Part shown: positions 57,702 through 64,000 of the stretch, in pieces
Position numbering within the stretch: the stretch's first letter is position 1
Layout: every line of letters begins with the position of its first letter
Assembly: GCA_037447435.1 (NCBI GenBank)
Contig: JBBIGR010000001.1
Coordinates: 32,001 to 96,000 of the forward strand
Source: Fibrobacteria bacterium
GTDB taxonomy: Bacteria; Fibrobacterota; Chitinivibrionia; Chitinivibrionales; FEN-1185
Direction: 5' to 3'
Length of the DNA: 64,000 nt
Position numbers and translations under genes: made by a program
Notes under the pieces: generated by a model
What the model was told of the DNA's origin: nothing
The model's input: the letters and a program-made list of their open reading frames with translations, nothing else
The model's database searches: none

Positions 57702-58819
57702 AACGCCATCCTTTTAGACCGATTTTGCTTATTGCACATTGCCCGTTTATACGTTTCATGGGTTTGTTCCGCTGTTTTTTGCCATGAGAAATCCGCATTT
57801 CGGATCGTCCCTGCCAGTTTTAACTTTTTCGCCACGTCGTTGTCATGGGTAATACGATCGATGCAATCGGCAATTCCCTGAATGTCGTCGGGCCCAAAAT
57901 AAAGCGCTGCGTCTGCGGCAATTTCGGGTATGGAACCGGCTTGTGCGGCAATAACCGGGCAATTGCAGGCAAACGCTTCTAAAATAGGAAGTCCGAAGCC
58001 TTCGTATCGCGACGGAAAGACAAAAGCCCTCGCATTGCAATACAAAGCGGCAAGTTCCGAGTCATTGACATCAGGTATTACTGCGACCTCCTGTATCAAT
58101 CCCAATTCCTTTAGTCCCCGAGATTCATTTGTCGTCAAAACCCCGCCGCCGGCGCATACAAGTTTGGGACGGCGAGCTTTATCCATAAGTGCAAGCGCCC
58201 GTATCAGCGAATCAAAATTTTTGTGCGAGCTCCTGGTCCCGACATATAAAATATACGAGCCTGAAATAAAGGGGAGGCAAGCTGATGCGGTTTTTTCAGA
58301 AAAAGATGTCGCAAGATGAACCACATCGATTTTATCCGGCGATATCCCGAGGATGCGGACGATGTCATTTTTGGTTGTTTGAGAAATAGCGATGATCCGA
58401 TTTGCAGCCAAGGCTGCGGCCTTCTTATTCGGAATTGTCGCGGTATCGTTTTTTATCAATTCGGGGAACAATTCGTGTATCATATCGTATATGGTAAGTA
58501 CCATGGGCAGTTTTTGCGAAAACGAAAGTCCTTCGGACCCGTAATACGTCGGGTGGAAGACGTCCATATTGCCCAATGCGATTATGCATTGGGCAGCAAA
58601 CGAATCGATGTATCCGGAAATACTGCGGCTTTTAAGCAGACGAAGAGGACGGGGTGACGGAAGCATCGGCCCGTAGACGTTTCTTGACAAAATTGCGGAA
58701 TGAAACGGTTTGACCGCATTGCCCGAAGAAAACGTCTGCATAAGATTGGCAAAATATCTCGATATGCCTCCGATGCCCTGGATGAGAAAGGCCTGATGAT
58801 CAAAAAGAACACGGATCAT
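57698..58819 (-). CDS. GT4 glycosyltransferase
   Basis: FDHQAF..Q..GGISRYF, FHPTYY, YVGTR..HKNF, FPSRYEGFGLPILEA. Confidence 0.93.
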   Translation of the reverse strand: MIRVLFDHQAFLIQGIGGISRYFANLMQTFSSGNAVKPFHSAILSRNVYGPMLPSPRPLRLLKSRSISGYIDSFAAQCIIALGNMDVFHPTYYGSEGLSFSQKLPMVLTIYDMIHELFPELIKNDTATIPNKKAAALAANRIIAISQTTKNDIVRILGISPDKIDVVHLATSFSEKTASACLPFISGSYILYVGTRSSHKNFDSLIRALALMDKARRPKLVCAGGGVLTTNESRGLKELGLIQEVAVIPDVNDSELAALYCNARAFVFPSRYEGFGLPILEAFACNCPVIAAQAGSIPEIAADAALYFGPDDIQGIADCIDRITHDNDVAKKLKLAGTIRNADFSWQKTAEQTHETYKRAMCNKQNRSKRMAF

Positions 58820-60663
58820 GCACGTTCCGAATTTTGGGCAAACTGTATATCGTAAAGGGTTTTATATCGTCCGTTTGCCGAATAAAGCTCCTGATGCGTT
58901 CCTTGCTCGATGATTTTACCTTTGTCCAAAACGACGATGCGGTCGGCATGCCGGACCGTTGAAAGACGGTGCGCGACGACGATACACGTCCTATCTTTCA
59001 TCAAATGGTCTATTGCCTCCTGAACAAGCTTCTCGCTTTCGGTATCGAGAGACGACGTCGCCTCATCGAGAATAAGGATCGGCGCATCGCGGTACAATGC
59101 TCGTGCAATGGCAAGCCTTTGGCGTTGACCTCCCGATAGCGTGACGCCTCTTTCGCCGATGATCGTGTCAAAACCCAGAGGCAATTTTTCAATAAATTCC
59201 AAAGCGTTTGCTGCTGCGGCTGCTGCCTGCACCCTCGACGGATCGGGTATAACGTCGGTAAAACCGATATTCGCGCTCACACTGCTGTTGAACAACACAT
59301 TATCCTGAGACACTATTCCGAACAGTGAACGAAGCGAAGGCAAACTCGCCTTTGCCACATCGACCCCGTCAACCAGAATCGCCCCGGAAGTTGGATCGTA
59401 GAAACGCGGCAATAAATCGAGAACCGTTGATTTTCCCGCGCCGGAAGACCCCACAAGCGCTACGACGCGGCCCTTTGGAACATGAAGGGAAACGTCATGC
59501 AGCACCGTCTCGGCACATCCGGGATAGGCGAAATTGACATGAGCGAACTCTACCGATTCGTTAAACGCTATTTGCCCAAGGTCTTTTTCCGTTCCGACAT
59601 CGCGCTCGACGGGAAGATCGAGATTTGCAAAGACCCTTTCGGCAGCGGCCATTCCTGTTTGTATAGAGCTATTTATGCCTGCCAATGCCTTTAAGGGCTG
59701 ATAGGACGCGACCAGAAGAATAAGGAACCTGACAAAATCCTCTCCCGAAAATCCCGCAGTGCCGCTTAATGCCAGGCTTCCGCCGAAAAACAGCAGGAAT
59801 GCCACAAGATACATGGACAATGTTTCCGTAATCGGCGAGGCAAGGCTTCGCATTTGCTCGGAACGGATATAGCGGTTCTTATAAGCAAGATTGGCGTCCT
59901 TGAATCGGTTTGTTTCTTTTGTTTCTACCCTGAACATCTTAATAACGCGGATCCCGATCATTGTCTCGGAAATTACGGAAATAAGGTCTGAAAAACTCTG
60001 AAGTTCCCTGTTGCTTCGCCTGCGAATGCTCTTGCCGATCCAGCCGATAATAACGCCGAGAACAGGATAAAGCACAAACACAAAAAGCGCCAATTTTGCA
60101 TTGATTGCAAGCATGATTCCGATAAACAAGACAAGTCTCATTGGTTCAAGAATAAGACTGGACAATGTGGTTGTGATTGAATTGTTTATCTGGGCGATAT
60201 CGTTAACGACCATGGATACGATGCGGCCCGATTCTGTTTTGTCGAAATAGGTGACCGGCAACCGCATCAAATGGTGGTACGTGGTATCCCGTATTCCCTG
60301 AACAACGGTGGAGTGTATAGTGATAGAGATCAGCTTATTGGTGTATTGTATAATGTTTTTTATAGAAAATGTTACACCCACTAAAATGCAGGTAACCATA
60401 AGCGGAGACCCTAACGTGCCGCCGTAGACCAGGGAATAAGTCCAGAATTTAAGCCAGGCATTTATGTTTTTAATGGAGAAGGCGGTCCATTGGGGCACTT
60501 GGGCATGCGCATTGAATAAAATCTGGGGCAGTGTTCCAAGAAACCACATCGATGCGCCGTCGAGCGAAACGATGACAAAAGATAATCCTACGGACGTGAG
60601 AAGGAGTGGAAATTGGGAACGCATGTATGAAAGCATGCGCAAATATATTTTAGGGCCTTTCAT
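58816..60663 (-). CDS. msbA: MsbA-like ABC exporter (TMD plus NBD)
   Basis: Six-TM domain, GSSGAGKST, VSQD..LF, LSGGQRQR.AIARA, LDEATSSLD, AHRLST. Confidence 0.85.
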   Translation of the reverse strand: MKGPKIYLRMLSYMRSQFPLLLTSVGLSFVIVSLDGASMWFLGTLPQILFNAHAQVPQWTAFSIKNINAWLKFWTYSLVYGGTLGSPLMVTCILVGVTFSIKNIIQYTNKLISITIHSTVVQGIRDTTYHHLMRLPVTYFDKTESGRIVSMVVNDIAQINNSITTTLSSLILEPMRLVLFIGIMLAINAKLALFVFVLYPVLGVIIGWIGKSIRRRSNRELQSFSDLISVISETMIGIRVIKMFRVETKETNRFKDANLAYKNRYIRSEQMRSLASPITETLSMYLVAFLLFFGGSLALSGTAGFSGEDFVRFLILLVASYQPLKALAGINSSIQTGMAAAERVFANLDLPVERDVGTEKDLGQIAFNESVEFAHVNFAYPGCAETVLHDVSLHVPKGRVVALVGSSGAGKSTVLDLLPRFYDPTSGAILVDGVDVAKASLPSLRSLFGIVSQDNVLFNSSVSANIGFTDVIPDPSRVQAAAAAANALEFIEKLPLGFDTIIGERGVTLSGGQRQRLAIARALYRDAPILILDEATSSLDTESEKLVQEAIDHLMKDRTCIVVAHRLSTVRHADRIVVLDKGKIIEQGTHQELYSANGRYKTLYDIQFAQNSERA

Positions 60664-60810
60664 GTATTCTTTCTCTGGAAAATGTTATTTGCAAGCAGTT
60701 AAAATAGCTCATATGGGGTAAAACCTCAACCACTTACCTTATTTGAGAAAACTTTTTTATTTATTGCTATCTTTTCCGAAACCGCCTATTTCACAAAGTA
60801 TTTTGTCTCT

Positions 60811-61521
60811 ATGCGCTATTCAATTCCGCTTTTTATTGTATGCCTGTTATCGGGCCAATCATTTGCCCAGGATAAAACACCAGTATCTATTTTTGAATCA
60901 CGGACCGTGTTTATACAACCATTGCTGACGTATTCGCTCCGCGACGGGCATATCGATTTACCGGATGCGCAAAAGAGCGTTGCTATTGCAAGAAAACCGT
61001 TTTTCTCTTATGGATTATGCGGCGGGATGCAATTCGGGATTTCAAAAGTTCTTCGATTGCAACTCGGTATTGTACTTGATGCCGGTTCCGTTGGAGACGA
61101 TACTCTGTTTACCGCGGAAACAGCATTAGTGCAACATGATTATTATCATGCCGCATTGGAACCGCAATTGCATTTTTGTCTCTGGCATATGCAAAACGTT
61201 GACGTTTTCACCTCGATCGGCTGCGGCTGCAATGTCGTGTGGGTGCGAGAACAAACATTTTTCCTGCAAAACCAATCGCAGGAAATACTGTATACCGACC
61301 GAAATTATGAAAGCAACGTTTCGCTGTCTTTTCATGCCTTGGTCGGCATCGGTTGCGATTTCAACATTTCAAAGCAATTTGCCCTGTCGGCCGGCTATTC
61401 CTTTCGGTATCTGTACCCGGTCTCTTACGATATTCAGGATGATTTTCCGCTTACCGCATTGACCTATAGAGAAACGCTGTTCGGCAACATCGTCTATTTT
61501 GGGTTATCATTGAAAATTTGA
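60811..61521 (+). CDS. Putative outer-membrane beta-barrel protein
   Basis: Signal peptide, amphipathic strands, C-terminal VYFGLSLKI. Confidence 0.6.
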   Translation: MRYSIPLFIVCLLSGQSFAQDKTPVSIFESRTVFIQPLLTYSLRDGHIDLPDAQKSVAIARKPFFSYGLCGGMQFGISKVLRLQLGIVLDAGSVGDDTLFTAETALVQHDYYHAALEPQLHFCLWHMQNVDVFTSIGCGCNVVWVREQTFFLQNQSQEILYTDRNYESNVSLSFHALVGIGCDFNISKQFALSAGYSFRYLYPVSYDIQDDFPLTALTYRETLFGNIVYFGLSLKI

Positions 61522-61537
61522 CCCGTTTCCTCGTCGC

Positions 61538-62293
61538 CTATACTACGCGTGGATTGGCGTTTGCCATCATTGCCGCGGTACCGCACATGACGGCTGCCGC
61601 TAATTCGGTTCGTAACCGGAAAGCAGACAAGGAAACCGGGATACCGAATTTTTGCAAAGAGGAAATTTCCTCGTCGCAGAATCCGCCGGGCGGTCCGATA
61701 TAGCAGGAGATTGCGGGTGCAGTCGATTGCACTATGCGGTTCGACAGGGCAAGAAGAGGGGTTCCATCAGCGTCCGCAAACAACAAAAACGACTTCTCGT
61801 CGAGGCAAAGCGCCTCGGCAAACCCAATCGGTGATTCACATTGCGTCAACCAAGGATTATGCGATTGTTTGATTCCGGCGATAAGTTTTTTTCGAATGCG
61901 GGCCGAGTGTTTGTCCCATTGCTGCCACCAGGGATTTTGGCAATACCGGCAAATGAGAGGGGTTATTTTCCGTGCCCCCAAAGCGCTGCATTGTTCTGTC
62001 AGATCCTCGAATTTGTCTTTATCGCAGAGTCCGACATACATGTTTATTTCGGTTTCGGGCTTTTTTACGATGAGCGCATTATGAACCGTAACCGAAACGC
62101 GGTCGGCCGATTTTTCCGCGATTGTGCATTCGTAAACAGACCCTTTTCCGTCGGTCACCCGGATTTGATCTCCGGCGCAAAACCGAAGCACGGCCATCGC
62201 ATGTCGGCCCTCTTCATTGTCAAGATAGGCGACGTCTTTCTCAATCGTGTCGGCATAAAACAGGAAATGGTCTGCGTTTTTTTTACTCTTCAA
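61538..62293 (-). CDS. rsmE: 16S rRNA m3U1498 methyltransferase
   Basis: H...VLR, VTDGKG, LGA..ITP, KQS, IGPPGGF, LRTELAA. Confidence 0.9.
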   Translation of the reverse strand: MKSKKNADHFLFYADTIEKDVAYLDNEEGRHAMAVLRFCAGDQIRVTDGKGSVYECTIAEKSADRVSVTVHNALIVKKPETEINMYVGLCDKDKFEDLTEQCSALGARKITPLICRYCQNPWWQQWDKHSARIRKKLIAGIKQSHNPWLTQCESPIGFAEALCLDEKSFLLFADADGTPLLALSNRIVQSTAPAISCYIGPPGGFCDEEISSLQKFGIPVSLSAFRLRTELAAAVMCGTAAMMANANPRVV

Positions 62294-62474
62294 TAACGAT
62301 CGCCTCTACCGGACAGTTCGTGGCTGCATCGCGGCATTTGTCTTTGATTTCGGCCCCGACCCGCTCTTGAGTCGTTTCGGCGATATTATCGGCATTCATG
62401 ACAAACACCTCGGGACAAATATCCACGCAAAGACCGCATCCGATACAAACGTCTTTTTTGACTAATGCTTTCAT
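62283..62474 (-). CDS. Single-cluster [4Fe-4S] ferredoxin
   Basis: CIGCGLCVDICPEVF...AATNCPVEAI; ATG at 62474. Confidence 0.92.
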   Translation of the reverse strand: MKALVKKDVCIGCGLCVDICPEVFVMNADNIAETTQERVGAEIKDKCRDAATNCPVEAIVIEE

Positions 62475-62558
62475 GGACAAATCCTTTCGCTTAAAATAAC
62501 AGCCAAAGGGCCCGGCGCCATATCGCCGATACCCTTTGAGAATATACACAATGACCTG

Positions 62559-63998
62559 TTATGAAAGAATCGCTTTCAAATCTTCCTGAACCGTCGCAAT
62601 CGGCTTGATGTCGAATTTCTCTACCAAAAACGATAAAATGTTTGGAGAGATAAATGCCGGCAGCGAGGGGCCGAGCCGAATGCCCTTAATGCCGAGCGAC
62701 AACAAGGACAGAAGGACCACTACCGCCTTCTGCTCGTACCAGGACAATATCATTGACAAAGGCAAGTCGTTGACCGTGCAATCGAACGCCGCCGCCAAGG
62801 CTTGCGCAATCACGACCGCGGAATAAGCATCGTTGCATTGTCCTATATCAAGTAATCGCGGAATGCCGCCGATTGTCCCGAAATCCAGCGAGTTGAATCT
62901 GAATTTTCCGCATGCCAGCGTCAGGATTACGCAATCCTTGGGAAGGGTTTGTGCCATGTCGGTATAATAGTTCCGCCCCGGTTTTGCGCCGTCGCATCCG
63001 CCGATGAGGAAAAATCTTTTTATTGCGCCGCTCTTGACGGCATCGACAATGGCCCCGGCATTTTTTAGCACTGCTTCGTGGCCAAAACCGGTTGTCATGG
63101 TCCCGCCCGCTTTTTCCTCGAGACCGCCGAGTTCCAGCGCTTTTTCAATTACCTGTGTAAAATCACGATTTTCAATGTGCTTTACGCCCGGCCATCCCAC
63201 CATATTCAAGGTGAATACGTTTTCCTTATAACTGTCGCGGGGTTTTTGAATGCAGTTTGTGGTGAACACGAAAGCAGCTCCCACATTATCGAATTCTTTT
63301 TGCTGATTCTGCCAGGCGGTACCGAAATGACCGGCAAGATGTTTGTACTTTCGTAAATTCGGATATCCATGTGCGGGGAGCATTTCACCATGGGTATAAA
63401 CATTGACGCCTTTTCCGTCGGTTTGTTTGAGCAATTCTTCCAAATCAAGAAGGTCGTGTCCGGAAACAACGATTGCCGGACCGTATTTGGTACCTGTTGA
63501 AACCGTCGTGGGCTCAGGATTTCCATAGCGGGAAGTATGCGCTTCGTCCAATATTTGCATGCAACGGATATTGACCGTTCCGCATTCCATGACCAGCGCA
63601 ATCAATTCGTCCATTCCCGGATTGGCTTGGCAGAGCGCAGAAAGCGCCCTATGGATATAGGCAAAAATCGAATCGTCGTGCTTGCCCAACACTGCCGCAT
63701 GATGCGCATATGCGGCAAGGCCCATGAGCCCGTACAGCAACAAATGTTCCAGCGAACGGATGTCGGGATTGTCGTTAAAATTAAGTATTGTCAATTCCGA
63801 CGCCTGGTTGACGCATTCCTGGGCGGTTTTTCCGGGTTTGAAATGTGCCGCGTCCGGCGCGTCCGAGCGCTGTTGCGCAGTAAGCACGCCGAGCATTTTC
63901 TGACGGAGATTTTCCCCTTTGTTGATATAGGTCATCAGTAATTCCGGATCGAAGTCCACATTGGTAACCGTGGAAAACAGGGCCTCAAGCGTAAAGCG
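62559..63998 (-). CDS. hcp: Hybrid cluster protein (hydroxylamine reductase), 5'-truncated by the window edge
   Basis: LFSTVTNVDFD, SGHDL.DL, YTHGEMLPAH, TTNC, GGCDG, LACGKFRF, DIGQCNDAYS, SWYEQKA. Confidence 0.96.
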   Translation of the reverse strand, partial: RFTLEALFSTVTNVDFDPELLMTYINKGENLRQKMLGVLTAQQRSDAPDAAHFKPGKTAQECVNQASELTILNFNDNPDIRSLEHLLLYGLMGLAAYAHHAAVLGKHDDSIFAYIHRALSALCQANPGMDELIALVMECGTVNIRCMQILDEAHTSRYGNPEPTTVSTGTKYGPAIVVSGHDLLDLEELLKQTDGKGVNVYTHGEMLPAHGYPNLRKYKHLAGHFGTAWQNQQKEFDNVGAAFVFTTNCIQKPRDSYKENVFTLNMVGWPGVKHIENRDFTQVIEKALELGGLEEKAGGTMTTGFGHEAVLKNAGAIVDAVKSGAIKRFFLIGGCDGAKPGRNYYTDMAQTLPKDCVILTLACGKFRFNSLDFGTIGGIPRLLDIGQCNDAYSAVVIAQALAAAFDCTVNDLPLSMILSWYEQKAVVVLLSLLSLGIKGIRLGPSLPAFISPNILSFLVEKFDIKPIATVQEDLKAILS

Positions 63999-64000
63999 GT

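Overview
Chromosomal window from an anaerobic, LPS-producing diderm bacterium. A Fibrobacterota/Chitinivibrionia-type host is my inference from gene order and a FlgD-Ig/T9SS-like C-terminal tail. The housekeeping backbone includes trpS, hom-thrC-apgM, yggS-divIVA-yggU-punA-ileS-lpxL-lptCAB-rpoN-lipA-hpf-mlaD-ptsH and hcp-ferredoxin-rsmE. There are two surface-glycan loci: a visibly AT-rich wzx/wza/wzz/ligase/GT island at about 11-23 kb and an asnB/GT/msbA locus at about 47-61 kb. A nickel ECF transporter (nikMNQO) with a candidate NikR operator is separated from nikR by the first island. A DUF4160/DUF2442 toxin-antitoxin-type pair and a secreted beta-propeller gene appear inserted into the yggS-ileS operon. 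The best candidate for an undescribed system is at 3.96-8.2 kb: two paralogous secreted OB-fold-like, Ala/Lys/Glu-rich proteins flank a histidine kinase and a sigma54 activator. A near-consensus -24/-12 promoter and a 19-bp inverted repeat holding two helically phased candidate enhancer sites lie upstream of the second paralog. Also notable are an HD-GYP protein with HD replaced by YD facing a FlgM-like small ORF, a -24/-12-like site in the rpoN leader, and a dispersed 58-bp nested-hairpin element. I saw no rRNA, tRNA, CRISPR array, transposase or integrase. All calls come from reading motifs by eye; no searches were run.
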